Shown: one piece after another, positions 24,281 to 37,508 of the stretch
Numbering within the stretch: the first letter of the stretch is position 1
How the letters are laid out: every line of letters begins with the position of its first letter
Assembly (NCBI RefSeq): GCF_006345805.1
Contig: NC_043012.1
Location: 3,658,001-3,722,000 of the forward strand
Origin: Octopus sinensis
Lineage: Eukaryota
Length of the DNA: 64,000 nucleotides
Direction: 5' to 3'
Made by a program: the position numbers and the translations under genes
Notes under the pieces: model-generated
Databases searched by the model: none
What the model was told of the DNA's origin: nothing
The model's input: only the letters and a program-made list of their open reading frames with translations

Positions 24281-24468
24281 TCCTTTATTCATTTCAGTCA
24301 TTGAACTGTGGCTATGCTGGAGCAATGCCTTAAGGGTTTTAGTTAATCACATCAATCCAGGCATTTTTAAATCTGATATTTGTTGATTTTTGTCTGTCAA
24401 ACTGCTATGTTATAGATTATAAGCACAGAACACCAAGTGGTGTCAGCATAAGGCTGACATAAAGCTGC

Positions 24469-24545
<77 letters not shown>

Positions 24546-24705
24546 ATGGGCTTCTGCACAGTTTCCATCTATTAATTTGAGTCATAAGCTATAAGTCAAA
24601 CCAGATGTTATTATAGAAAACACTTGCCCAAGATGCCACACCATGCAAATGAATCCCAAACCATTTAGTTGTAAAGCAAACTTCTTAAACATGCAGCAGC
24701 CATAC
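24281..24705 (-). mobile_element. SINE family A, diverged
   Basis: TTTCAGTCATTGAACTGTGGCTATGCTGGAGC...AACACTTGCCCAAGATGCC. Confidence 0.75.
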
Positions 24706-25509
24706 TTGTATTTAAAAGTACATAAGTAGACATGAAAATTAGCATATTTAAATACTAAAAAAAAAATCATTAATTTCAGTTAATCAGCAATGCTGTTTGC
24801 ATGAAAAACAATTGTCAAATTAGTGTTAGCATATTTAATGTAGTCACCATCAAAATGCTAATTAAAAATAATTATATTCATTTCCCAAAAATCTTGATAG
24901 GTTGATTGTATTGAATTTATCTTTTTTTGCCTGTTGGTTCAGATTTTAAACACCCCAGAGGAAGTATTTCATCTCACTTATTGCACATGGCATGGCTTAT
25001 TATGTGTGTATTTGTATGCAGAATACTGCCCTGCAGTACTTTCTTTCAGCAATATTGTTAATTAAAAGTAATTACTGTATTTACTCAAAATAATGTGAGA
25101 AATTTAATATAAAAAATATCAGTTAAACTTAAGGGAAACCTTTATACTAAAAATAAATAAATAAAACTAAAATATAAAAAACAGCTCTAAATCTGTGATG
25201 ATGAAAATACTAAAGGCATTAGCTCTGGAACATCTAATGACTAATACACACATATACACACTTCTTTGTCTGTGGTTATGAAACAATGTATGCATTGTGA
25301 ATACATCTAACGGCTATTGTTAATTTTTTTTTTTTTAGCATGCTGGTGATGTGTTCTTAGACACTGTTTTGTTTAAAAGTGATTATGCAAATTAAATGAT
25401 TACAATTTAAAATGTGAAAAATGTGTTATTAATATATGCAAGTAGTGTTGAAAAAAATTCTTTAGTATGCATCCTTGTAACAGAAGTCTGGATGCAAAAA
25501 AAAAGAAAA

Positions 25510-25700
25510 AAAAAGAAATACTTATTGCTTACAGTGAAAAGTTTAAATTTAGTCAAAGATCTTGCTGAAAAGAATAATAATTGTACAGTGTGTAGGAAAT
25601 TTGGTGTGACTGAGAGCACCGTTAGTCTGTGAAGAAAGAACAAAGTACAACTGCAGAATGTGCCAAGCAGCAAACGGTCTCTAAAAAGAAACCAGCCTCC
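25510..25700 (+). pseudogene. pogo-like transposase N-terminal (Brinker-type HTH) remnant
   Basis: AEKNNNCTVCRKFGVTESTVSL*RKNK resembles the pogo BrkDBD AExxxNxxAxRxFGVxExxVRxWRK motif, with Trp mutated to a stop. Confidence 0.65.
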
Positions 25701-26309
25701 CAATAGTTAAAGCAGTAGAGTACAAGTTCCATTTCTCTATGTTCTGATATTAAGCCCCTCCTGGTAGCAGTTTTGTTTTGCTGTATTTTTTTTATATTAC
25801 AAAGCCCTTGAAGGAATGATAGTGTCTATGGCATTTCACAGGACCTCCAAGATTGGGTGAAAGGAAGAGAGTTTAGCCATAGACTAGAGACCTGGATCCA
25901 ATCTTTGCAACAGATTGCTAAAGGCACCAACTAAAGATACCAAGGATGGTGTTAAACTGGGTTCATATTCAAACTGTGCCCCAATGGGCTTCCATACAGT
26001 TTACATCTGTCGAATATCAGTCACCCTGATTCTATAATCACTGTTTTATGTTTGCTCATTCCATGCTGATAAAGGTTGGATGAAACTTTTTGAGGCAGTA
26101 ATCTATGGTCAGATGCCTTTCTTGTCATTTACCTTTGCTTGTATTTGAGTGAAATTTTTTTTATTTCACTGGTTTTTTTGCATAACAAACCACTGAGCTG
26201 TAAGACATATTGTTTATGCGTGACACAAACAAGTATCACCATTGCCCAAGCAATGTCAACTAAAGACAAACACATGCAAACATTACCATCTTCTACACAG
26301 TTTTCATTT

Positions 26310-26529
26310 ACTGGTGCCACATAAAAGTAAAAAGTATTGGTGTTGATGTCGTGTAAAAAGCACCCACTACACTCTGTAAAGTGGTTGACTTTAGGTAGGG
26401 TACCCAGCTGTGGCAACCAAGCCAAAACAGACAATGGAGCTTGATGTGGCTCCTAGCCTTGTCGGCTCCTGTTAAACCATCCAACCCATGCCAGCATGGA
26501 AAACAGATGTTAAATGATGATGATGATGA
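26310..26529 (+). mobile_element. Family B (RTE 3' end)
   Basis: AAAAGCACCCACTACACTC...CCAACCCATGCCAGCATGG with (GAT)n tail. Confidence 0.8.
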
Positions 26530-26610
26530 AATTTAACTTATAAGGCATTTTAGTCGGCTGGACGACAACTTTGCACAAAATGGTTCATGACCCAAGCCAT
26601 ACGGTTGTGA

Positions 26611-26646
<36 letters not shown>

Positions 26647-27767
26647 CACACACATGCACATGTATGGATTTATTGTAATACTTATTATAAACTAATCGAT
26701 AATATTTAGCAAGTGGAATTGTCTTCACCATTAGGTGGAGCTGTATTGAGCTGATCTTGTTTCATCAGAAGCCTTATCTTTCATTAGTGGATTTCATTTA
26801 TTTATTGCCCAACAGACTGTTAAAAGACATTGCAATTAATACACTAATTAGTCTCTAATTAGTGAACAATGGATACCATAATTATCTTAATAATCCATTT
26901 CTTTTTTAAGAGCGTTTATAAATTTACATCAGATACAGATGTGTTTATTAGTTCATTAGAAAACTGAAACTCTAATTGCCCCGACTAAATGTGAAAATAA
27001 ATACTTACCGGATATGGGTTTCTGTTGAGCTGTCAGCTCTGATCAAGCACATCTGTAATCAAAAGTTATTGCAACTATAATCATCCCATCTTTTTAATTT
27101 TTGTTTTTTAGACACTGCATTCAGTATTAGGTTATCAAATGTATCTTAAGATGGATGGCAGGATATAGTTTGAGGGAGATATAGTTGCTATTTTTAACAA
27201 GTCATTTGACACAATGACTACCCCTATATTGGCTTGTTTCCAACAGTTATATCATGATCATCATCATTATTTGTTTACTTTCCCTGCTTGCGTGTACAGG
27301 TTGTGAACTGAATCAGGGTATCATGCATAAATGAGATAGGTTGGGCACCACATCTCTCTTGCATATTCCATTTTTGGCATTTTTTCTGTAGATAACCACT
27401 TTACAGTGTGTGGAGAGTGCTTTTTACTATGGCACCAACACTACAGAGGTTGTTATGTTCTCTGTAAGACTAAACAGTTCTCTCTACCCTATGTTGTCTC
27501 CATTCATTTGTCTACCAGTACCAGAGGGTTGTCTTGTTCTCTGCAGATAGAAGAGTGACAAAAAAAGACCCAGTAAGAGTATGATGTTGGAGAAAGTAAT
27601 GGAAAAGAACCAGAGTAATAGGAATGAGAGGGTGACAGAGCAGAGAATAAAGGAAGAGTGAAACAAAGAGTGATAGACAGCTATACAATGATTGTTGATA
27701 AGGCTGTTGGATAAAAACAACATGAGTTGAGGGTGGGGTGCTGAAAGTGGGAGTAATGTGTATATAT

Positions 27768-27804
<37 letters not shown>

Positions 27805-29050
27805 ATGGGAAAGAGAAAGGGATGGATGTCAACAGTGAGTGATATGAGAGGGACTGATGAGAGAGAGGAATAGAAAAGGAAGTCTGAATGTAATAGGGGA
27901 AACCATGTAGCTAGTTCTTAACATGATGCCATCTTTCAGTACATGGATTTTATGATGGTCAAGAGGTGGATGATAGGAAGGAGGAATAGTGATTGTGAGG
28001 CAAATATCATTAATTACTAATCAGAATTGAAATTGTTTAATATAAAATTCACAAATCTGTACACACACACTCACACACACACACACACGAACCACGGAAA
28101 TTCATTAAAATTCTGACATTTGGGTTAAATGAAAATATAAAAATCTCTTGATTTTTAAACTAGAATATGGTAGATGTTCAAAAACTCTTGATCACAAACA
28201 ATATGGATACAATTTTAAGATTTCGATTTAACTAATATTTGGTTATTTCAAAATAAATATTAGGCCAGATTAACAGTGTGTAATTTACTCATTAGCAGTA
28301 TTTTGTTAAAAAAAATAAATGTGTTGAAAATAGCTTGCTTTTATTCCTCTCAATCTTGCAGATATTTTATCAATTCAAATTAGAACCTTAACAGGAAAAA
28401 AGTAAATTGAAGAAAAATAAAGAATTACACTGCTTGTCTTGGAGACTGAAGTGTGCATTAATTATAGCGGCTGGCAACTTTTTTCAATTTTGTTCCTTTT
28501 TTCATGTGTCTTCTCGGCTGATGAAAAGTCACGCACACTTTACAATAGAGCTATGATAATCTTTTGTTTTATGCTAGTTTTTTTACATTTTTTAAAGTCT
28601 TGTTTTGCCTCTACCTTCTATTTTTATTTTGTTTTGTATTTTACTTCATTCTTTAATTTTTGACACAAATCATTTCAACATTTTTTTTCTTTCATGCAGT
28701 GAAAATTATTATTATTGTTATTTCTAAGAATTTTTCATTTTCTTCAAATCTCTAAGCATTTACTCTACCTATGATTTAAAGTACATCAGTGTTTTTTTAT
28801 TTTTTAAATTTTATTTTAAAAGCTATGGAATGACACATCATCTTTAGCTCTAAGGACCAATATTCTTTTGGTTTTATTAGATTGACACAATTTAAATGTC
28901 ACCTCTCAATATTTCATCCTTACATGAGCCAATGAGAGAGGTTTTCCCAATCAGCATTCAACTTGCTAGATATAACAGATGTATTCTCTCAAATCACTTC
29001 CTTTTAAAAAGAAAAAAAAAGATATTGAATTATGCAGGTATATATATATA

Positions 29051-29095
<45 letters not shown>

Positions 29096-29419
29096 CTAGT
29101 TTTGATCATATACTATCAGAATCATCATTGACTGCAGATCTCAGTCAGAGCTGAACTTGGGCTAAAAATTGACAAATGGGTTTTTACAGAAACAGAAAAA
29201 CTAAAAATTGCCTACAAAATTCCACTTTTTTCTGCTTCTTGACAAACTACTAAAGACTAGAAATTTTATGAACTTTGTAATAATTTAGCAAAAAAAAAAA
29301 AAAAATTTCTATTCTATACGTTTCCTTCCTCATTCTTAAATTTCAAATTCAGACTTCTAATCCCACCAAATATTATGAAACAATTACCTCCCTTGTACTG
29401 TCTGTTAGGAGATTGCCCA

Positions 29420-29847
29420 TCTACTATAATAATACTCTTGTATTTTTCTCCGTCACAACATATGAATGAGAAAGGAAGTGGTGATAGCAAACTGTTAGTG
29501 GAAGCGTTTCAACTCTGTGTGAGTATATGTGTATGTATGTAAAAGGGAGGTATGTGAATGTTTGTGTGTGCAAAGGAAGTGAGATGGTGAACATTCAACG
29601 CTGAAAAGAAAAATCAAACAGTGTTTCAACTCTGTGTGAGTAAATGTATGTGTGTGTGTACAAGAGAAGTGAGTGAATGTTTGAATATGTGAACTAGTAT
29701 CCTTTCAGTAACAAATGATGATTGATGTTACATCTCAAAGACAACCACTAGTTATCATTGACAAGTGTATTAATTTGATTTACCATCCATATTTATATAT
29801 AAAATACTACAATTAGCTGTCATTTTTGACGGTAGTGGGCTAGCTAG
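29420..29847 (+). mobile_element. Non-autonomous Helitron
   Basis: A|TCTACTATAATAA start, 3' hairpin CTGTCA-TTTT-TGACGG, then CTAG|T. Internal duplication of GTTTCAACTCTGTGTGAGTA. Confidence 0.65.
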
Positions 29848-30469
29848 TGTGTCAATAATATCTGTATTCTGTTAAAAAATCTTAGAAACCTTGTACAGTT
29901 GCACCTTTAAATTCTTTAAACCCTTTTGATACCAACCTACCTTAGCCAGCTTTTGGTTCTATGAAATATTTATTGTATGATAAAGGTTAAAAAACTGCAG
30001 ACTGTAAAATAGAACTTACAGAGGAAAAATAATTTAGATTGGATTTCCTTCTAACAGAATCTATCCAGGTAGCTGGGTTGCTGTGTTTCCTATTATATGT
30101 ACATCAAGCAATTTCTGATTGTTTCCATACATATTATCAATTTATTACACTTTTTCTGAATATATATGCATTGACAAGCATTGTGCTTTCATTGTTTCAT
30201 ATATTGAATGAACAGACCTGTCAGTATCCATGCACAGGTATATATCTCTACATGCACACATACATTTCTCTGTGTATACTTAAGCTTATATATAAACATA
30301 TGACAGGTGCACATATACAGATAGGACGTGCCTATGTGCATACATACATAACTTAGGCAACTATGAACAAAATAACAAGGAAAAAACAAACACCAAACGA
30401 GGAAAAGAACTCCCAGATAAACGTATACACATTTGTCTTGAGTACAGCAAAGAAAGATCTTTTGTCAAA

Positions 30470-30807
30470 ACAGGCCTCAACTCCAATGATGGCTCCAATG
30501 TAATCAGGAAAGTGACTGCATGTCAGAATCAAGTGGGTTCCTACCAGTGCTACCCTCTACACTCATGACAGTAGCCCAGTGAGTTTTTGGCACTGTGAGG
30601 CTTCTGGCTGGTCTCCCCGCCACAGTGATGCTCCAGATGCAGCAGTTCAAAAGAATATTAGACAGGTAAGTAGCTTGCTAACCAACCACATGGTTCCGGG
30701 TTCAGTCCCACTGCATGGCATCTTGGGCAAGTGTCTTCTGCTAGAGTCCCGGGCCGACCAATGCCTTGTGAGTGGATTTGGTAGACGGAAACTGAAAGAA
30801 GCCTGTC

Positions 30808-30855
<48 letters not shown>

Positions 30856-31506
30856 TTGTGTGTCTGTGTTTGTCCCCCTAGCATTGCTTGACAACCGATG
30901 CTGGTGTGTTTACGTCCCCGTCACTTAGCGGTTCGGCAAAAGGGACCGATAGAATAAGTACTGGGCTTACAAAGAATAAGTCCCGGGTCGATTTGCTCGA
31001 CTGAAGGCGGTGCTCCAGCATGGCCGCAGTCAAATGGCTGAAACAAGTAAAAGAGTAAAAGAGTGTGTACTCGATGTCTGACAGTGGAGTCTGCAAACTT
31101 GAGCTGCTCAGCAATGTCCCTCATTGATCTGCTGGAATTGTTGTTGATGCCCCAGATCTCCTGAACAAGCTCATCCCTCCTAGTGATGTCTGACTGGAAA
31201 TGTTTGATTCTTTCTTTCTTGTTACTGATGACACATCTTCCTCAGAGGCTTCCAGCTGTTTCCTGACCTTGAACACAAAGGACCCAGCTGTCTTGAAGAA
31301 GCTGATAATTTTACAAGTTTGCTATTGTTGGCAGCCAGAGTTACAAGCATGACACGCCTTTTTTATATTTCCTTTGTTAGACTGGAGTTTGCTGTGTTGA
31401 TTCTGTTGATACATCTGGAAGAGAATAAAGTTAAAACTTGGAGTGTGCTCTGTAACATTACATTGTCTTCCATTTATAGACTTTTGAAAGATGTGTTCAC
31501 ATCCTG
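30470..31506 (-). mobile_element. Decayed Tc1/mariner (maT-like) transposon interrupted by SINE A
   Basis: Minus translation pieces SFVFKVRKQLEAS, SMRDIAEQLKFADSTVRHRVH (HTH) and LILTCSHFPDYIGAIIGVE (C-terminus). Terminus TA|CAGGATGTG at 31506. Left end uncertain. Confidence 0.65.
30665..31063 (+). mobile_element. SINE family A, young and slightly 5'-truncated
   Basis: CpG-retaining near-consensus copy. Confidence 0.9.
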
Positions 31507-31544
31507 TATACCTACACATCAATTTCTTTCTTACTGTTTCCCTC

Positions 31545-31549
31545 ACACA

Positions 31550-31582
<33 letters not shown>

Positions 31583-31843
31583 TCACTCACACTCACACAC
31601 ACTCACTCATGCACGCACACACGCACACATACACACACACACTCATGCACACACACACACACACTCATGCCCACACACACACACACTCATGCCCACACAC
31701 ACACACACACACTCATGCCCACACACACACACACACACTCATGCCCACACTCACACACACACTCATGCCCACACTCACACACACACACACTCATACACTC
31801 ACTCACATGCACACACACACACAAACCATGCACTCACACACAC

Positions 31844-31878
<35 letters not shown>
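31545..31878. repeat. Compound (CA)n / CACACTCATG(C) / (CT)n repeat
   Basis: Direct reading. Explains the His/Thr-rich ORFs here. Confidence 0.95.
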
Positions 31879-33247
31879 TGCTGTTTGAAAGGATTATAAG
31901 CAACAAATAATTTTAACCAAGGAAACATTAATGGAATTAAAAAAAAAAAGAAGAAAAAGATTAAGTTGGTGAATTCAGCTTTTACACTAAGCATTTACTG
32001 AACTGTGTAGTTTTTGATGATTATCATCTATCTTTGATAATCTTAATTTAATGTATCATGCACAGTGTGTGTGTGTGTGTGCTTAACATGTAAAGCATTG
32101 GCTTAATTAACCATCGTATTTGATTTGTTTAATTAGATTTGGTGATTATTTGAGCCTCTTAGCAAAATTAACTCTGTGTATTTGTGTGTTTTTTTTGTAT
32201 ATTTGTGTGGTTTTGTGTGTGTGTGTGTGTTTGTATTTTTCAACAGGTTCTTTACTATGGTCTCTCATTTCACCTGCTTTACTAAAATGGTGTACAGCCT
32301 AGTGATTTAGGGTATCAGGCTTAGAATTATAAAGTTACTAGTTCAGTTCTTGGAGCAGGTGATGTGTTGTGTCCTTGAGCAAGACACTTCATTTCTCATT
32401 GCTCCAATTCACTCAGCTGAAAATGAGTAGCAGCCAAGTGCCGGCACATCTCTCTCTCTCCCTTCCACTGTCACATCCTGGATGTTCTACTAGATCAAAG
32501 GTGGGAGGGTTAAAAAAGGTATCTGTCTACTTGTGACTCCACAGGCACCTAAAACAGTTAGTGAAAGCATGGTACATGTTAGCAAGTGACAGTTTTTTGC
32601 TTTTTGTTTTTACACCTGAAAAGATAAGAAAATTATAATTAGATAATAGTCATTAAATGGTGACTGCTGATTGGCAAGAAAAGTTAAGCTCTTCATTAAC
32701 TAAGCCTGTGATTAGGTTTCAATTCTTGATTGTTGCCTTTTTTAAAATTTTTCTTACATTACAAAATAGTCTCGAGAAAGTTATAGATATCATAATCTAT
32801 CTTCCCATTCGGTAATCATCAGTGAAAGATGTTGTTAATGTCAGAGGCAGTCGATGGTTATTAGTTAAACTAATTTAGCTTAAGTCCTAGGATGAAGATA
32901 GGGTGAATTTACATGGTCACTTTACTCCTTACTTGCTAAAAGTAGCAGCCAGATCTCTTAAATTATTCTTTACAATCTTAAGAAAAATAGAAAGCTGCTT
33001 TGGATGATGTAGCTGTGAAGATGCTGTCTAGAAGAAAGATAAATTACTCTCAATCTGAAAGCATTTCATCATAGATCTGCTGGGTTAGGACTGACTTATG
33101 GCTAAACAGTAGCATAACTAATGAGAGATTCTCTGTGGTTGCTCGGTCTTGTAGGAATCTCTGTCAAATTAAATCCTATCATCATATAGAAGGAGAAATG
33201 GAATTATGCAATTTTAGATTTATTGTGCCTTTAAAAATAATAAAAAG

Positions 33248-33391
33248 TAGGGTATCTAAGAGATACCACCTTGCTTGAAATAGCAGCCAAAACTTGACTC
33301 TAAAACCAGGTGCTGTATGAACTTTTAATGTGATTTTAGAGTCAAGTTTTGGCTGCTATTTCAAGCATGGTGGTATATCTTAGATACCCTA
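33248..33391. repeat. 58-bp inverted repeat with 28-nt loop
   Basis: Arms 33248-33305 and 33334-33391 are reverse complements with 2 mismatches. Confidence 0.95.
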
Positions 33392-34142
33392 AAATATATA
33401 TATATATAACCCTAACCCTTTACTTGATACACTAAATCTCCCTCAAATCCAATCCTACCATCTTTAAAAAGAAAAAGAGATGTTTAAGTGTAGTCCTAGA
33501 TGCACTATGCCTTAAAAGAATAGGTTTTAGTTAGAATGTCACTGATCACAAGTCTGCTGCATCAAACTTGGCCTGGAGTTAAGAACAACCAAATTTAGAT
33601 TGTCTGTAACTTGCAACCTTAAATCATTGACCAAAAAAGTTTCTATACTTGACCTAATTGGTTCTAGTTTAGAAGAAAGGACAGCAGTAGAAAGAAATTC
33701 TTGTGTAGACTTGGTTTCAGCCAGATATTTAAGACAAAAGTAAATAATTTACTCAAACTTGTCATGTCAAAAATGCCACAGAAAATTTATTTTGACACCT
33801 CAGTTATAAATTATGGAGTTAGCAGTGTGTAAAGGAGTGGGTTTTATTGGAGTGTATTTGTGTGGGAAATGTAGTTTTGTGTGTGTTTGTGGCAAGCTTG
33901 CGGTGTTGATTGAGGTGCTAAGCTTAGTTAAATAAGTTTACTTAAATACTGTAACAAAGTTACAGTTGGGTTGCTTCAAATGTGAGTCGGGTTCAAAGGA
34001 TTTGTTAATCTCTGTAAATTTTAGAATCAACTCCATTTTTACCTTCTAATATCACACATTTAGAGAACATGATTAGTGACAGAATTCTAGCATTCCAGTC
34101 TGTGATTTACTGCATTTATGATAACAAGAGTGATGAAGGAGT

Positions 34143-34372
34143 AAAGGCGGTGATCTGGCAGAAATGTTAGCATGTCGAGCGAAATGCTTAGCAGTATTTC
34201 ATCTGCCGCTACGTTCTGAGTTCAAATTCCACCGAGGCCAACTTTGCCTTTCATCCTTTTGGGGTCGATTAAATAAGTACCGGTTATGCATTGGGGTCGA
34301 TATAATCGACTTAATCCGTTTGTCTGTCCTTGTTTGTCCCCTGTGTGTAGCCCCTTGTGGGCAGTAAAGAAA
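34143..34372 (+). mobile_element. SINE family C with 17-bp TSD
   Basis: AAGAGTGATGAAGGAGT occurs on both sides (34126-34142 and 34374-34390). Confidence 0.92.
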
Positions 34373-34484
34373 TAAGAGTGATGAAGGAGTGTCTGTGAAA
34401 CTCAGATGGAATAAATATTGCAAAAGTATTTTTGTTTTGAACTTACTGGATTTTATTTATTTATGTATTGTTACTGATAGTTAC

Positions 34485-35440
34485 ATCATCATCATTCAAT
34501 TTTTCCTGTTTGCATGGGTTGTATAGGTTTTTCACCAACACAATGCCTTGCCACATGTGGTCATTAGTCATTGCCTAACCAGCATTTTGAGATTTTTCTC
34601 AACATTCTACCTGGATCCTCTGACGCTCTTTTGCTAAATTATCATCTGCAATACCATTATACATCTATCACCTGAATCCTCTTGTAGCTAGTTTTTTCTC
34701 TCAACTCCTTTGTGCTCTATCATTTATATACATTAACATTACACATGTGTTACTTTAATTTTTGTTTGCAGCCTTCACATCCTGTGTATTCAATGTACAT
34801 GTTTCACTACCATGCAACATAATGCTTCATATAACCATCATGCAAGCTGCTGTTCACTGATAGAGAGAATTCCCTTGTTGTCAGTAAAGGGAACACAGCT
34901 CTCTGAACTTTTTCTCCACTGTTCTTACTCTGGCTATAATCCCCTCAGTGCACTTACCCCATCTGCTTATGAGGTTACCTTGGTAAAGAAGCTGGTGACT
35001 ACCTCTATAGAGAAACATTTGAAAGAATTTATTTTACAGTTGCTGTTGCTGTGAACTATTATCCTTCCACATGTAAAGTCTTCCTTCTCTGTCAGTTTGC
35101 TAGTGATCCCACAGTTGTGTACCCATAGTTTTGCTCTAGGTACACTGTATGGAATTCCTATTCTCCCCTTTTTCTGTATGTTGCGTACAGTCACATCCTG
35201 ATGGCAACAGAGATCTGGATTTTTTCCTGCTAAAACTTTATTTCCAGGCCTTCAGTTTACATTTTGCAATTAGTTTTAAACTCCTCTGTTGTAGCATGGA
35301 AAATCATAAACAAATGGGGCGAAAACTGATCCCTGATGGACACCTACCTGCATTCTGAATCCCTCCTTGAACACTCACATAGCTTGCACAGTTATACTGT
35401 TAGCAATGTACAGAGATGCTGAGATGCTATTAGTAAACTG
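34485..35440 (-). pseudogene. Decayed RTE LINE (RT to 3' end)
   Basis: Minus translation VGVHQGSV (RT motif B-like) near 35320-35345, similarity to 9995-10720, and a (CAT)n tail at 34485. Confidence 0.7.
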
Positions 35441-35452
35441 AGACTTTCTGAT

Positions 35453-35806
35453 ACTCTTTTACTTGTTTCAGTAATTTGACTGTGGCCATGCTGGAGCACC
35501 ACCTTTAGTCAAGCAAGTTGACCCCAGTACTTATTCTATCGGTCTCTTTTGCCGAACCGCTAAGTTACAGGGACGTAAACACACCAGCATCGGTTGTCAA
35601 GCGATGTTGGAGGGACAAACACACAAACATATACACACACATACATATATACGATGGGCTTCTTTCAGTTTTTGTCTACCAAATCCACTCACAAGGCTTT
35701 GGTCGGCCCGAGGCTATAGCAGAAGACACTTGCCCAAAGTGGGACTGAACTCAGAACCATGTGGTTGGTAAGCAAGCTTCTTACCACACAGCCACTCCTA
35801 CGCCTA
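35453..35806 (-). mobile_element. SINE family A
   Basis: Near-consensus reverse copy with small deletions. Confidence 0.9.
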
Positions 35807-36664
35807 TAAACATTAATGAAGGATAGACACAGACATATAAATCAAACATTCAGCAGGCTTCCACAGAGTTTCTGCTTGCCAAATTTGTACTCAAAGCATT
35901 TGTCAACTCAAGTCTGTACCAGAACCCAATGTGCCTGTAGTGAGATCAAACAAACCCAGAACCATGTGGTTGAAAAATAAATATCTTAACCACATAACCA
36001 TACCTGCATTTGTTGAGATAGTTTCCCCTGTCACCACACTCAAATGTATGGAGCACTGATGTGGTTTTCAACTTGAGCCATGAATTGTGACTTCTAATAG
36101 TCCCACTTATGATGGAAGCCCTGGGAACCATGACTAAAATTTTTAATTACTTGAACTTGATGTGTGTGTGTGTGTGGGGGGGGGGATGTTTCTTCAGTGA
36201 GGAATTAAAATTTGTTTGGCTGTCTTTCATATGTAAATAGTGAAATTTCTGAAAAAGATAACCATAATTAGTTAATTTGTTGACATTCATATCTGTTAAC
36301 TAATTTGATATTTGTTCTTTAAATAGTAGCACGCAAGTTAAATATAAATGGTTACGCAAAGTAATTCACCAATTCTGTAGCCTAGGCTCAAGCCCCCCCC
36401 CTTCTTCGTTAAAAATATAAACATAAAGATGTATTCTATTGGATCAACTGCCATGTTTCCTTTCTGCCACTCCAACTGCCCCTAGGACAGCTTTTCTCCC
36501 TTTGAATGATTACTCTAAATACTGGGCCTGGCTATCACCGAGGATCTCCTTTTAGTGACACCAATCCTAGACAACCATCCCAATAAGGGGCTCTTCTCTT
36601 CAGAAGATACTTTAGCTCTCAATGATTACCGAACCTTTCCAAAGATCAGATAAGACTCACAACA

Positions 36665-37030
36665 ATCCTTTCTATTGAAGGCACAAAGCCTGGAATTTTG
36701 GGGGAGGGGGAAATTAATTACATCAACCTCAGTACTTGACTGGTACTTAATCTATTGACCCTGAAAGGATGGCCTTAGAAATATTTGAACTCAGAATGTA
36801 GCAACAGAAGAAATACTGCTAAGCATTTTGCCTAGCATGCTATTTATTCAGCCAGCTCACTGCCTTAATAATAATAATAATAATAATAATGATAATAATA
36901 ATTTCTGTTATAGGCACAAGGCTTGAAATTTGTGGGATGGGGGCCAGTCAATTGTATTGACCCCAGAACTTGACTGCTATTTATTTAATTAACCCTAAAA
37001 GATGAAAGACAAATTTGAACCCAGAATGTA
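36665..37030 (-). mobile_element. SINE family C, tandem copies
   Basis: Two head-to-tail units separated by (AAT)n. Confidence 0.75.
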
Positions 37031-37439
37031 AATAAATAAATCTCTCGGTTATCTTAATGATGCTTATTTTAACAGGTGCTGTAGAGATGAAAGAAAATGT
37101 TGGCCCTCATGAAATTTGAAACTGAGAATAAATATTTTTAAAATGTTTAAATTTACAAAGCCTTTTCACTCATAACAAGAATGTTAAATAAATAGATAAA
37201 AATATTGAAGAGAAAAAGAAGTAAAATGTGTGGTGGTGGTGGTGGTGGAGTGGAGGGGTTACATATCATAAAGTATCTAGTCTGGATCTGTTATCTGTGC
37301 CAGAACCATTACATTTCATACAAAATAAACAGTGACATTACTAAATGTTTTCATACAAGTTCAAATGAAATGAAATGCTAGTTGAAACCAGATTCTATTA
37401 AAATTCTTTCTAAATTGATGACATGCAGACATTTTTATT

Positions 37440-37508
<69 letters not shown>

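Noticed and set aside
27003-27020. Minus-strand donor CCG|GTAAGT
   Set aside because: Upstream sequence on that strand is repeat family F, with no acceptor or open frame.
31319-31910. Longest tracked ORFs (189, 139 and 116 aa)
   Set aside because: Read-through of (CA)n/(CT)n repeats giving His/Thr/Ser-Leu low complexity.
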